Shown here piece by piece: positions 35,878-49,400 of a DNA stretch of 64,000 bases. Both the position numbers and the translations under genes were made by a program. Source of the DNA: Oikopleura dioica (lineage: Eukaryota > Animalia > Chordata); the NCBI GenBank assembly GCA_907165135.1, contig OU015569.1, forward strand, positions 8,990,001 to 9,054,000. The letters are read 5' to 3'. The notes beneath the pieces are model-generated. The model saw nothing but the letters and a program-made list of their open reading frames with translations. It was not told where the DNA came from and made no database searches. Each line of letters starts with the position of its first letter. Positions within the stretch are counted from its first letter, which is position 1.

Positions 35878-36238
35878 AAATGTTCCTCAAAAAATGTAAA
35901 ATACCTCCGTTCTCCATCTCTAAACTTGCCCAAGTGAAGGCTCAATCGTTCTGCCTTCGATTCGATGCGGTGCCGACGACGAGTCAAAAAGTAAAAGTCC
36001 CTCAAGCACTGCGCAATTTCGAAAAAGCATCATCAAAATTAGATTTTGAGATAGTCTTATAGCAAAAATAAACTGAACAATTGATATTTCTATTGAGCTC
36101 GTAGGATAAAACTTTAAGCCTTGGAGATAAGTGTCCCCTCGAAGCACATTCATTTCATTTTGATTCCATTCAAGAGTGAAGAAGAACGGGGACCCGGATC
36201 TGACTGATTCCACAGATATAAAAAATAAAGTTGAGCTG

Positions 36239-36870
36239 ATGATTCTGAATCGATTTTTTCCGCTGTTGAGTTTAGTCGCCGGATGCGGAAATCTTCTCCA
36301 GGGAGCATTTGGGGTTGTCCAAAACGTTACTGAAGTAAGTCTCGCCTATGTCTAGTTGTAATCAAAGTATTCAGTTTGGCGCCGACATAGTTCTTGATTT
36401 ATTGAGCAATGAAGAAGAAGAAGAACAATCTGACCGATAAAGAGCTCACGAATATTCAATAAAACACATTTCCTTGAAAATATGAGTAATTTACTACCAG
36501 GAGCAAAATACGAAACACAATGCCATACAAACTTTAACGATCTTTTGAAGAAATCTATCAATTTTTTTCTAACTAACAAGATCATGACGAGAAAAATGAG
36601 AAATAATATATCGGTTTTATCGCAACACAAACCAAGAGGGCGCAGATTTTACAATGAAGATGATGATATCTTTGATGAAGGAAAAGCATCCATCTTCAAG
36701 TATATCGGATGCGATGAAATATGGTAAAATGAAAAACGCCTGCATAAATCAATTTGTTATAATTTTAGTGAAGGTTTTATTGCTCTTTTTTTCCTCGTGG
36801 CGACTGCAATAATGGGCGCTTCTTTACGATATTTTTCCGTTCATTCAGAAATAGCAGATCGGTTACGATG
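36239..36870 (+). CDS. Possible small secreted/membrane protein (frame disrupted)
   Basis: Signal-like MILNRFFPLLSLVAG, GT-AG introns and a hydrophobic last exon (GFIALFFLVATAIMG); the frame is broken near 36430-36440. Confidence 0.3.
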
Positions 36871-36912
36871 GCAAGTAGCGCTCATAACAGGACCGGATGG
36901 CGCATTAAAAAA

Positions 36913-39900
36913 TATTTATTCAAGATGAAAATATTCATATCCATTATTTTCTCTTTGAAAATCATATATTCTGAGATCATCCTCTTCAGCGATTTCATTT
37001 TCGGCTTTCATCCTTGTTTTAACAAGAACGCTCTGCAGAATAAGAAAAATGAAAAGACTTCAGTGCGAAAATCATCGAAGAATATCAACTGCAATGCTTT
37101 GATATCAACTGCCGCATCTAAGCCTGTAAATTTGCCGTTAGAAACGCGCTTCGATAAATCAAATTTATTCTAGTTGTTGAGGAGTTTGTTATGTACAAAA
37201 GGTTCAGTAGAAGGAATAGATTTGTTTCAAGCATCTGTGCATTTTAGGCGATTAAAAACAATTTTGTTAAATAGCATTTCGGCGTACTTCTCATCAGAGC
37301 ATCACTTCCCGATCGTGGGAAACTACTGAATCCTTTTTGCCAACGATCTGTACTTTTTGGTTTCTAATTTGCTCGACGATGGACTCGCGTTGTTCACCTG
37401 AAGTGTTTCGGGATTTTCTCGAGCTTCGAGAGCGACGACTAACGACAGTGATGTTGCCGGCAGTGTCACTATCTTCATCCTCGCTCGACTCGTCTAACTC
37501 AAAGTTCTCCCCGTTATCAGATCCTAGAAAGACCGTTATGGAAAAAAATGGATGATTCAATCTCGGAGTAAAACTCATGCTTACCCGAGTTGGTGTGTCT
37601 AGGACGCTCTACTTCTTCGTATCTCTGGAGAGAGTTGCCCTTCCTTTCCGTTGTATTGAATCGATTTACGATTTCATCTAACTTCTTTTGTCGAGTTTCA
37701 TGATCGTCAGATTCGCTTTGTCTGATGCAGTTCTTGTTTGACAAGCGGGCAGGGGGAATCGGAGCAATTTCAGATGGTGGCTAAATACACGTTAGGTTTT
37801 TCGAGCTTTCTACTTATTGTCGAACCGGCGTGTGACTAGAGGGAACGTTGACATCACTATTAACCGATTGATCTTCACTGCAATACTCTTCAGCTGATTC
37901 TCCTTCTGACTCAGTTTCAGTTTCGGATTTCAGTCTTTGAAATGGCTTCACCCGATCATTCGATGTTCGATCTTGGACTTCTTCTTCTGAGTCGGCATCG
38001 CTTGTGTTCATAACAGCTAGAGAAAAATATAATATACTTTATTTTATAAGCAGACAATTTTACCCAGAACATCAGCTAGAAGATCATCGGTATCAATCGT
38101 CGGTGGCTCGATTTCATCCTCCGAGTCTGTCTCCGAACGCCTTCTGCGGAAGATCTGAGGTCGGTTTGGACTTATGATTGTTTCCGAGTTTTTCAGGGTT
38201 TTAATTTTGAATTTCTTCTTTGGTGAAGTATCTTCGATCGCTAAATACATCATAAAAATCCAGAAACGACTATTTCTCTGGCTAGGCTTCTAATTCAATA
38301 ATGCGCGTTGATTTATGGCTATAAAAGTCACTTTAGGCCAAGCATTGTGCTTTTCAGTGTTGAAAGATTTGTGGGATCAAGATCCTTGAGTCAATTTCCA
38401 AATAAGTTAATTCCAAAAGTATCGTTACATCTGCTTCAGTTTCCCGCGCCATGAGATCAATAAGGCGCCCAGGAGCTGGGTTCTGATAGTATTTAAAGAA
38501 ACCACCCGGGCAGACTTCAGATCAATTCAGGTTTAAATCAAAAATCTAAAATGAAAATTGTCTGCATCCTCCTAGCCGTTTTCTTTCTTCTCAGCCCAGC
38601 AACAGCAGCCACGGCGTCAAAATACCACCGTCTTGCAAAACTTAGCAGATGCTTCAAGCGGATCAAAAACCCAGCTCCTGTGAAGGACTACGTCAAAAAA
38701 CAAATATCAAGTTACAATAACGAGCGAAAGGCAAGATTGGCCTACTTGCTCAAGTTCTTAAAATGAATTTCACCTGTAACAATTTTAACTTGCTGTCAGT
38801 CCTTTTTTTATTCATGTAATTGTCCCGATAATTCATGTTCAATGTCTCAATAAACACGAAAATGACAAACATATTGTTGAAAAATGCTTAAAACCGAATC
38901 GACATAAGCTGATTTAGGATCAAAAAAGCTGAGGGATTAAATCATGATGGAATACATTAGCTCAGTTTCCGCCGGAAGCTTTCCGGAGATAAATCCATAC
39001 CTTTCAATATTTCCGGCTTGGCATTATCCTTCCAGGATTTGTCGGAGTTAAGAAAGCCGGTCTCGCCAAATGACTCGCCACTAAATATACACATGTCTTT
39101 GTCGTCTGGAAACATCATTATAACAACGAAAACAAATCAAAAAGTCGACTTACTTCAAGCCAACATGAGCGAGATGCCGGAAGTCGTTTCTAGGAGTTGA
39201 AATTTCCAACTTAGTCACAGTATTTTCTTGAGGAGTCTTTCCAGTCCTAAATACTCGATGAGATTCAGCAATTAAACACATTTTCTTTGAAACCTTTGAA
39301 GAGTGTCCCTAAACGATTTAGTTCGCTCTCTTGTCCAGTGTATGGTTTTTTGGAAGGGATTGTCACGCGGACTACTTCCTTTACTTCCCTTTTTATGACT
39401 TTCGCGGGGTCTACTTAGAGTGGCCAAAGCATGATATTATTTTTTTTATAAATTCGAAGGTACTCCAACTCGTTTATTAAAAAATATAATTAAAAAAAAT
39501 CCATGAAAAGAACATATTTTGGGGGAAAATAGACCGACCCTGTGGACTTCATTATTGACACTTTGGTGTTCCATTATCGGCTCTTTCAAAAAATCAAAAT
39601 CTTCTCTTTTGTTATCTGTTTTACAAGTGTTTTATGTTGTACTTGGCGGGGTAAAAAAGTGTGGCGACACTTGTTGTTTTTCGCCGAGGCCGCGAAGAAT
39701 CATAACTCATTTACGATTTTGCCTCGCGAACTCAGCATAGTAGTAAATTTTTAGTAGCTAAATAGGTTTTCACGTTTATGATCTCCGGCATTTCAAGGTT
39801 TCAATGGACTTTTTCGGCACGCGAATACTTACTCTAGCATTTCTCCTCAGGCTCGCTCTTTATTCTATCAACTCAATAACGCTCGTTTAGAAATGATATC

Positions 39901-41045
39901 AAATCGCTCGTAATAATAGAACTATAAAAATTTATTGGAAATAAAACTCGAAATATGAGGCCAAAAGACATTCATCAAAAGCTTACTCACAGTTTGAAAA
40001 CAGCGCTTATTCATGTCTTTTTATAAATGCTGTTTTTTTAATTGCTGAATCGACCCCACAAAATATTATTCGCAATGTGCAGGGGATGGTCATCGAAGTA
40101 GCTAGAGATATTTTTTTTTATATATTTTTACATGCGATCAAGTATTTGGCTGGCAAAGAAACGACGAAGTTCAATCGCTCAAGAATGTTAACAAGTGACG
40201 AAAAGTGCTGTGATGCCTGATTTTATGACGTTGACGAAATAATAAAGATTCCAGTAGAATGTTAAACACATGGACGTTCCCCCTATCGACATCAAGGATG
40301 CTCGATATAAAATTGGAAATCTGAGCATGTTAATTTTATCACATAGCCCGGAAATCTGGGACTAGCAAGAATCATTTTATCATTCGATGGTGATTCTACA
40401 GATGAAATGATTGTCGACCGTATTCATAAACTGAGACTCACAAAAAAATCTACATTTAGATGTGCTGAATGAGTGCTAGTTTTCGGTGATAAAGTTTACC
40501 TTTGCATCTTTATCTCTTGTTTCTGTCTGGAGCGCGTTTCCTCGCTGGCCCGCTGCTGATTTTGGCTTTTCTAAATAATCGCTGAAATGGAAAGATCTTT
40601 CTTTCTAAGCAACGCTACATCGAACATTTTCTTATAAGACATGAAAAGCAAAAGTTATACTCACGCCGTTGATTGGGAGTCTTCTCGGATCCAACTGTGG
40701 CGTGCTTTCCATAAGAAGTTCTATCAGTTTTTCACTTTCACTTCTTCTCTGTCTGCATAACCCCATGAGAAAAAAAAAGGATTTCTCTCAATTGAAATTA
40801 ACAAAAATAGAAACTCAGAGAGTTGATTAGGACACTTATTCACTGTTCTGATTCTTGCGCTTATTTTCTCATCTGCGGTTTCGACAAGAAAGAAAAGATA
40901 TGTTAAGAACTTTCCCAAACTGATTTTCTCTAATTGGCGATTTTCTTTGTTGATTTTCCTCCCTCCGTCCTCGCTGAGAGAGAAGCCGAATCTCTGTCGA
41001 ATTCTTCTTCATTTTTTCGCGTGATTTTTGACGAAAAAGAGACAT
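36913..41045 (-). CDS. CRIB (Cdc42/Rac-binding) motif protein with low-complexity acidic/Ser-rich C-terminus (5' exons uncertain)
   Basis: Spliced motif ISTPRNDFRHLAHVGLNGESFGETGFL (~39203-39050) fits the CDC42EP/Ack-like CRIB consensus; in-phase splicing across intron 39000-38243 into acidic exons. Confidence 0.6.
38551..38766 (+). CDS. Small secreted cationic peptide precursor, nested antisense in an intron
   Basis: Intronless 71-aa ORF with a 19-aa signal peptide, TATTTAAA ~60 bp upstream, AAAATG start context and AATAAA ~80 bp downstream. Confidence 0.8.
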   Translation: MKIVCILLAVFFLLSPATAATASKYHRLAKLSRCFKRIKNPAPVKDYVKKQISSYNNERKARLAYLLKFLK

Positions 41046-41423
41046 CACTCGCGGTAAAAACTATATATATTCTCTATTGAGATTAATGCTTCTTAATGGG
41101 ATTTACACGCTCTCTTTTCCTATAACTCTCGTAGAAATATCCGGGATTATATCCCTTTTCCTAACGCTGAACGTTTCTCGTTGTTTCTTTTTGAATATTT
41201 TTGCAATTAAAAATGCGTCTTTTGAGGGGAGTGTTGGCGGTGCGAAGTAATCAAAGCAGTCAAACCATCATCATTCCCACACATGCCATCGTTTTATCAC
41301 CCTTGCTCGAGCCTTTTGCGTTTTATGCATTTCCAGGGGCCATTATTCATTAGAAGCGCATCAAAAGGAATTTCTCAGAGTGCTGCAATCAACGAGCAAA
41401 GAGTTTTTAGAAGATTGATTTAT

Positions 41424-41621
41424 TTATAATTGGATGTTTAGAAATTCGGCGATTCGTCGTCGGTTTTCAATCAGGCGAGCAAGTTGATTGTCGTCAAGCA
41501 CAACCTTGACTCGCTTCATGTTGCGGTAGGATCTGGATCGGATGGACTTCAAGTGGTATTGGGATGCAGTGTAAGCTTGGACGGCAGAGAAAAGAACGGA
41601 GATGATTAGGAGTAGATTCAT
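41424..41621 (-). CDS. Small secreted cationic peptide precursor, apparent paralog of 38551-38766
   Basis: Intronless 65-aa ORF with a 16-aa signal peptide and TATAAAA ~70 bp upstream; shares TASxYH, KR(I/V)K and R(L/I)Ax(L/F)L motifs. Confidence 0.78.
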   Translation of the reverse strand: MNLLLIISVLFSAVQAYTASQYHLKSIRSRSYRNMKRVKVVLDDNQLARLIENRRRIAEFLNIQL

Positions 41622-42265
41622 GTTTATTTAATTTATGATTTAAATTATGATTTTATTGTTGTACGCTCTTCTTTCATTTTGATCTGGTTTTATATTCCCA
41701 GAGAGAGAGCACTGGATCATTATAATTTGTTCCTCGATCTGTTGGTGCCCTCACATTTGGCGAGAATCGCAAAATAAGCTTGCGCTCTACTGACATAAGC
41801 TCACATGATATTGACTTTGACGGTTAAAATCTATCTTCTGAACCCTACATTCACCATGACTCCACTACGCATATAAAACGACTACATACTGTAACAGTAC
41901 ATGGAATCGACAGGAAATCAATTCGTCGTATTTATTCATTTATTTACTCAAATTAGTCTTAGATCACCTTTCAAAGTAAGTTTTAGTTTGTTGTCTCTTT
42001 TCAAAAAAACTATTTATGTGAAAGCATGTGAGTTGTATTTTGTGTCCAAAGTGCTTTTTGGAAGTGTCTGCGTTCGAAATGAGTTCGAAGGTCGCCTCCT
42101 CCTATAAAACGGCGCCGCTCGAATAGGAACTTGAAAGATTTACTTTCTATCATAAAATCGAACGAATTACTCGCGAAAGTAAATTTGCGAACGAGTCAAG
42201 TGTTCTCGCCTGAAAATACCCTCCAAGCGTTCGAAGTGGCGATATTATCGACTTTCTTGTAGGAG

Positions 42266-44659
42266 ATGATTTTAATCCCGCTTCTTTCGGTGATTATTGA
42301 GGGAAAGAGAACATGTCAGGGAACAGACACGCTTGCAAAAATACGAGAGCAGATGAACACAAGAGGATATGGTAAGCGCGAGCGATGATATTCTCAGTTT
42401 TACGACAATAGATATCTCTTGCATAAATTATTTCTGCTGGGAGAATCTGATCTCAAATTAATCAGAGATAGAAAAGCTGTTTTCTGTTTGTCAGTATTTA
42501 CGTCACTACTCCAGCAAAATATATATTCCTTCGTTAAGATGGCTACATTGTCCCCTCAGAAGATCATCACCTAAATGAGTACGTTGCTCCCGAATACCGT
42601 CGACGCGGTTTCATGACTGGGCTGAGCGGAAGTGCGGGAACGGCAGTGGTCACTGCCACTTCAGCTGCTGTCGTCACGGACTCACGCTACTGTATTGCAG
42701 CTGAAAAGGAAGTATACTGCGATTGGGAGATTATTTGTCCAGGGAGCTCCTCTAACGCAAGAAAATGGCTGTCTGATAATCTTCAAAGAAAAGACAAGGT
42801 GGGAGCAGACCCTTTTCTGTTCACAGAATCCAGCTGGAATGCATATAAAAACCATCTCGACGATTATGAAATAGACCTTGTGGAAGACCAAGATAATATC
42901 GTCGACAAAATTTGGAACGACCGACCAACACCATCGGATGAGCCACTAACTATTCAATCCGATGAAATCTCTGGAGCGTCAGTCAACAAGAAAATATCTG
43001 ATATTACAGACATGCTCGAAACGATGGGAAGAGACAATCTTTTCGTCACACGATTAGGAACGAGCTCGAAATAAATTCGCTGCGAGATTGCTGATTCATG
43101 ACTAGTCTTACTTTTCGTGTAATTGTATACTGTTATTTCGATTCTCGCGGTAGATTCTATAGCTTGGCTGCTCAACCTCAGGGGAGATGATGTTCCTTAC
43201 ACGCCCGTTTTCTTTAGCTATTTTCTGTTGGAAAAGAAAAACGGTAGCTGGGAAAGAAGACTGTTTGTGCGAAACAATAAAAAATTTACTCAACCCATCA
43301 TGAAACATTTGGGAGCCGCAAATGTCATGGTTGAAGAGTACAACCATGCGAATGATGCGATTCTTACACTCCAGGTTCGACCGTCGTAATCAAACAATAC
43401 TTATGCTCAGACATTTAGGGTCCATCACTTTTTCCGGGGACAGGAACTACATGGGGGATGCTGAGTATTGCGAAGAAAGCTGCAAATATTGCACTATACT
43501 CATCCACTAATGATCGATGCCCAATTGAGTACACAAAATCAATCAAAAATCCTACAGAAATTGCTAATTTCCGAAAATACTTGAAAATTGACTCGATTGC
43601 CCTCGCCAAAGTTCTATCCAAAGTGGAAGAGCTTATGGAGGATCCATCTGGAGATTTAACCGAATATGGTGTCGCTGAGATGCTGATGGAAACCCGGCAA
43701 AACTTGTCAAGGTGTGTAGACCTATCGCCATAGTTATCCATATAAACATTCCAGCGATTATCGTGGAGAGGCATTTGGAGCGATTTCTGCCATCGGAGAA
43801 AATGCCGCAGACCCACATTACGATCCGCCCGTTGAGAATTCATCCCCACTCCGTAGAGATACGACGTTCCTCCTCGACCAAGGTGGACAATACATTGGTG
43901 CTACATGCGATGTAACAAGGACCCTATTCTTCGGTGAGCCACCTCAAGAAGTCAAAGACAGCTACACTCGTGTCCTCCAGGGAAGAGTTACAAAATGATA
44001 ATGTTGTATCAGAGTAATCAAACATTACCCTACAATACCAAGTACAACTCACACAAGGGAAATCTCGCAATGTCTCGTGGTATTTATCCACGAGGAACTC
44101 CTGGATACCAGATGGAGCCTTTCGCTAGGCAGGCTCTTTACAAAGATCACAAAAACTACGGACACGGAACTGGGCATGGTCTTGGTTACTATTTGCTAGT
44201 CCACGAAGCCCCGAACGGTATCGGTGGCGGACCTTCTACCTACAATTATGCGGGGTTCGAGCCGGGAATGCTCACTAGCAACGAGCCAGGCTACTACAAA
44301 AAGAATGACTACGGAATTCGAATTGAAGATGACGAGCTGGTCCTCGATGATGGAGACGATTACATAAGTAAATCAAAGGACAATTAGGCAGACAATTGAT
44401 TTACTACCTAGGATTCGAAAAACTAAACTACGTCCCTTATGAGCGTTCCCTCATAAACGAAGACCTCCTTTCTGTAGAAGACAAGCTTCAAATAGACGAA
44501 TATCATGCAAAATGTGCAGATCTCGCACTTGAATATAAAGAGGATCATCCCGACGCAGCTGCTTGGATTCTAGCTCGGACTGAGCCTCTTCTTCAGCAGT
44601 CTTCAGCGATTCATTCATTCACTTCAATCTTCCTTTTTGCCCTTTGCTTTCTTTTTTAA
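42266..44659 (+). CDS. XPNPEP2: Xaa-Pro aminopeptidase (aminopeptidase P), secreted GPI-anchored type
   Basis: GYIVPSEDHHLNEY, TGLSGSAGTAVVT, TDSRY, DQGGQY..ATCDVTRT, HGTGHGLG..VHE, NEPGYY..GIRIE; signal peptide and hydrophobic C-terminal GPI-type tail. Confidence 0.9.
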
Positions 44660-44735
44660 CGTGGGAAAATAAACAGACACTCTTCAGAAAAACACTAATC
44701 TTGTTGATGAATAAGGCAGTTGGAGGAATATATTT

Positions 44736-45994
44736 TCATCTGTTTGCGCGTGATGTCCATTGTCGCTCAATATCTCGCTCTCGCTTTCTCCTCTCTTCCT
44801 CCCGCATTTCATGGTCGTGGATGTCCTGAATCGCATTTGTAACAGAAAAATATGGAAACTCCCCTTGAGAGGAAGACTGTTTTCCGGAGAAAAAGATGAA
44901 ATTCTTTCATACGGAAAATCAAGGAGTATTTGATCTCATGCTTTATTTTTCCGAAGAAAATTTCCCACATCTGTTTGAGAGAGAGAACGAGAGAGATATC
45001 CAAAACCATACTTGTAGTATCTTCTACTACCATACCTTGTAGTATCCCCTATCGTATTTGGTCTTTTCTTTCTTCTTCTTTTTCTTTTTCGGCTCGACGA
45101 TAACGCATTCATCTTCGGAGTCTTCAATATGTTTCAATAGGTCTCTCGCTACTTTGGGCATTTCACTTATCCATGTAACTCTAAATGTGCAATTTGAAAC
45201 AGGATATCCTGTCCACTATAGTGGATTGATGTACTTGCTTGATTGCGGATGGCTTCATTTCGTAGCACTTTTGATGGGCAGAAAGAGCTTCTTCGTCGTT
45301 GACAAAATGCGCGATGACGGAGCCATTTGCACAGTTGATAGCTCCACTCTCCTCGACCATAAACGCGTTTAAGCTTCTTTTCAAGTGTTTTGTTGTAAAC
45401 TTGGAGCGGTTTGTATTCCAGTTCAGTTTTAATCTGATCAGCCCACTGTTGCTACCAGCGGAAGGTGCTTGCGTCCCAGAGCTGGCTCCTGAAGGCTGAA
45501 TTCAGTGAATGCTCTGTAAAAATGCAAATCACATTTTATTATAATTCTGACTAAAGATCCTCCCAAGCTTCGACAATAAATTTTCTCCGTGCTCACCTTT
45601 TCGGAAAAGCGCGATGCCCGCTTTCTGCCCTCCTTCTTCTTCTCTTCATATTCTTTCCTGAGTTTCTCCGATCTCCCAGTGTCTTGATCAACTTTGACTC
45701 CTTTATCGCCCTCAGCGAGGAAGTCGAAGGCTTCTTTTAGTTTGATGAAAAGCTCGTGAGCTTCTGCAGAAGGGTTTCTATCAGGATGACAATCTCGAGC
45801 TTTCAAACGATACGCCTTTTTAATTTCTTCTTTTGTCGCATTTACAGGAACTCCGAGAACTAAAAAGAATTCCCTGTTGAAAATTTCATGAATACTCAAA
45901 AATATTTCAAAATTATATAATGTTTGATTAAAACAAACTGCTGTAAATGCTTGCGTTCTCTCTTACGTTTGAAATGGTGAAGCCCCTCCACCAT
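44736..45994 (-). CDS. DnaJ + RRM-like protein (DNAJC17/Cwc23-like)
   Basis: [39 protein letters not shown] (HPD motif), coiled-coil, RRM-like [14 protein letters not shown] and a basic tail. Confidence 0.75.
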
Positions 45995-46426
45995 TCTTCG
46001 CCAGGGGGTGTCTATTCTGGGGAGGAATTTTTCGAAGTGAAGAATTGAGGCGCTTTCGGCCAATCACGCAGCGCGTCTTTCCTTTTTCGACAAATTTGCA
46101 GCGGCGGCGACACCAAATCGGCTCCGCTCAATTTCGCCAAAGAAAGACGCCAATTCGTGGTGCACAATTTTGGTGTTTTCTTTTTCGCAAGAGAAAACAG
46201 CTCTTCCGAGCCTGCGATTGAAGAACATTTTGACATTTATCTGCACACTTAATTAGGAGCGTGTTCGAAGTACCAGCTTTTGCTTGTTAATTATTCATGA
46301 TTACTTCTAGAGAGTCTCATAAGTGGAAATTTGGGAGAAGAATTCTGCGTTTCGTTTTAGTAATTCTATCTTGAACACGAAAAGTATATTTATTTTTTGA
46401 ACGAGTGACCCCGAGAAGCCTTCATC

Positions 46427-49400
46427 ATGTACTGGAACATGATGGTAATGTCCATTTGCTTTCAAATAGACTTCATGCCATTTTTGTAGGGACAGTACGA
46501 CTCGCCGCAGATCGAGAATTTGCTGCAGCGCGAGGATTTACAGTAGGAACCGACAGCTCCTCTAAAAAACCGACATCATTTTTCAGGATAAGTGAGCTGC
46601 TAGACGAAGACAGTATAATCAACGAGCTGATACATCGAAACGAGAAGCTCATACAGTATCTCGCGAAGGAGGATACTCTCAAAGCAATGCTGGACTACAT
46701 AACGAAAGATTGTGGCTATCAAGAATTCAGCATGGATAACATGGACGAGTTCAAGACGAAGCAGCTCCGTTTCAAACGCGCTCATCAAGTAACCGAATTG
46801 CTTAATGCGGACAACGAAACTATCTCCAAGGCCCTCATCAAGAGGTAACGAGCATTTTCTTTCAGGAAGATAATCCTTTTGGCAGCGAGGAACTCACATC
46901 GCAGTTGTTGGACATGCTTCAGTGCGAAAAAGACCTGAACCCTCTGCTAGCCTGCTTTTTCTCGAAAATCATTGGAAGTCTGATGAAGCAGCATCCGGAA
47001 GATACGTGGACTCTGCTCAAGAATCGTGATAATTTCGTCGACGATATTATGAGACACATGTCTACTTCGGGCATTTCGGATTTGATAATGCGTCTTGTCG
47101 TCTGCCCGAGCTACAACGATCAAGTCCGCTCGGAAATTATAAATTGGATGGTCGACGAAGAGCTCGTCGAGAAACTCATCAACCTTATCAATCTCGACGA
47201 AGGTGTCCACCGCGATCTTCATACGTAGGGTTTATTTGATTTGAATAGTGTCTTAAAGAAGATGTAGATATGCAACGAACACGATAAACGAGCTCATATC
47301 TATCTTACGAAATGAAAATACAGAAGCCGCGCGGTGCCCCCTGCTTAATAGACTTACTCAAAAATCAACAATCGAAAAAGGAAATGGTTGAGTTGTGGTC
47401 TATTGAAAGGCGCCTTTGGGCACTATTATTTACGATAATAAAGCAAGATCCCAACTGCGTCATTTCTGGGCTCTGGAATTAGCTTTTAACAACTAAACCA
47501 AATTCTAGTGATCGCTCAGATGCTTGTAGAACCTATAAACAGCGCTATAGTCGCGTCCACAGGGAGCATTCTCTCAACATATCTGGAAAAGGTGCAGCGA
47601 ATCACACCTTTCGCAGCTTGGATCGACGATCCTGGCCAGGAGAGCGACAAATACTATCCTTCAGCTGCTCCTTGTGTTGATACTCTTGCTAACCATGTGT
47701 CTAGACTTAAGGAAATTCTCCGAAACCCACCGCCAGAGCCTGCTGTTGCCTTGCCTCACTGTGAGTTCGGGAGATTATCTACTTGCTAATTTGGCTCTAG
47801 GTCGTCTTGAAAAGCCTCTGGGACGCGTCCGTCTTCAAATCATTCGTCTTATTTCCGAAGCCATTCCACAAAACGTACAACCCTTCTTCAACGCACTAAA
47901 AGATGAAAAACTATTAGATATAATTCTTTCTCTCTTTATTGTAAGCGACCCGCATCGTGACTCCTCGTTGATTCCAATTTTCAGGAACATGACAATAACT
48001 CCTTTCTTTCTGGATACGTTCGGGATATGATTATCCACCTTCTAGACGCAGACTATTACACGTCGGACCTCTTTCAGCATCTCATTAAAGATTGCAGGAT
48101 TCTAGGTGTGTCTCTTTTATTTTCTTTGCATCTCTATTTTTCTCTTAGAAAGGTTAACGAAAGCCTGGGAAGATAGTGTCGAGGAAGAGCTTCAAGGTCA
48201 ACCGAGAAGGGGGTACATGGGTCATCTTTTTCAGATTCTGAGGGTATGAGTTTGAATACTTGAAAAATTCACACACTGATAAGGTGCTCTTCGATCTTTT
48301 GGATGACGAAACCGATGAGGAACCGAAGTCCAAGTACCAGGAAGAGCGTCAACAGGTTATTATATTTCTAGTTCGTGGTTTTAATACTTTCGTAGCAAAT
48401 CAAAGACCATTTGGCAACGAACGACATTACGGAAGAGGAGCGGAAAAGATGGGACGACGTTAAACAGTGTATCAAGGATAGAAAAAATCTGTATGCAAGG
48501 GAGCTTGGAAGAAGTCAACGCGCTTCAAGTATGTTATTCGTGATTTATTTGTTAGAAGAACACTTTAATTAGGCCCACCGACCGTGGACCCTAGTGCGAA
48601 CTCGGAAGATCAGCTTGCGAGATATCAGGTACAGCGTTGATATCAACTAACCCAGTAACTCAGAGTAAAATTGTCGAAATCAGGTCAATTTTATATGCGA
48701 AATTAAATTCCACGAATCCATGACTTTTGAAGCTGACTTTAGCAAAAGATAAACACGCCATTCGAGTATGAAGACAATTTCGACGACGATAACATTCGCC
48801 AGGAAAACCTCAGCGACGATGATGATGAAGACAAGGAAGCCAGCTTCGAAAGCCAGCTCCGGGACAAAAACGACACGCGCGACTGGTTTGGGACTGACGA
48901 CAGCAATAAGGTATTCACGTATTTTTAAAATCGCTCTACTCAAATCTAGGTCGTGGATAACATGATCATGGATACCAACCAAGATCCTTGGGGCGAACCT
49001 GCGGAAGACAAAGGTTAGTGGACGACCATTTGCATGGTCTTAATTTCGATTTCAAGAAAATGCGGACTTTGGAAGCCCAGGATTCGCTGACTTCGGAAAC
49101 TTCGACACTCCAAGTTTTGCGAACTTTGACAGTCCTGCAAATACGTCGAACACTTCCAACACGTCTGTAGAGGAAACAGACTTTTGTCCGCCTTCTTGCT
49201 CATCACCATCTGCCGAAGAAATGGAGAAATACACGGATAAAGAAGAAGTTAAAGAGGAGGAAGAAAATGAAGTCAAAATGGAATGCGAGTCAGCTCCCAA
49301 ACGTAAGAATTCGTAGTGACAAAGAGGGAGTGTTTCTATCTCAGTTCTCTAACCAATTCGTTAGGCAAAAGACTTGATGACTCGTCAATAGTCATTAAGA

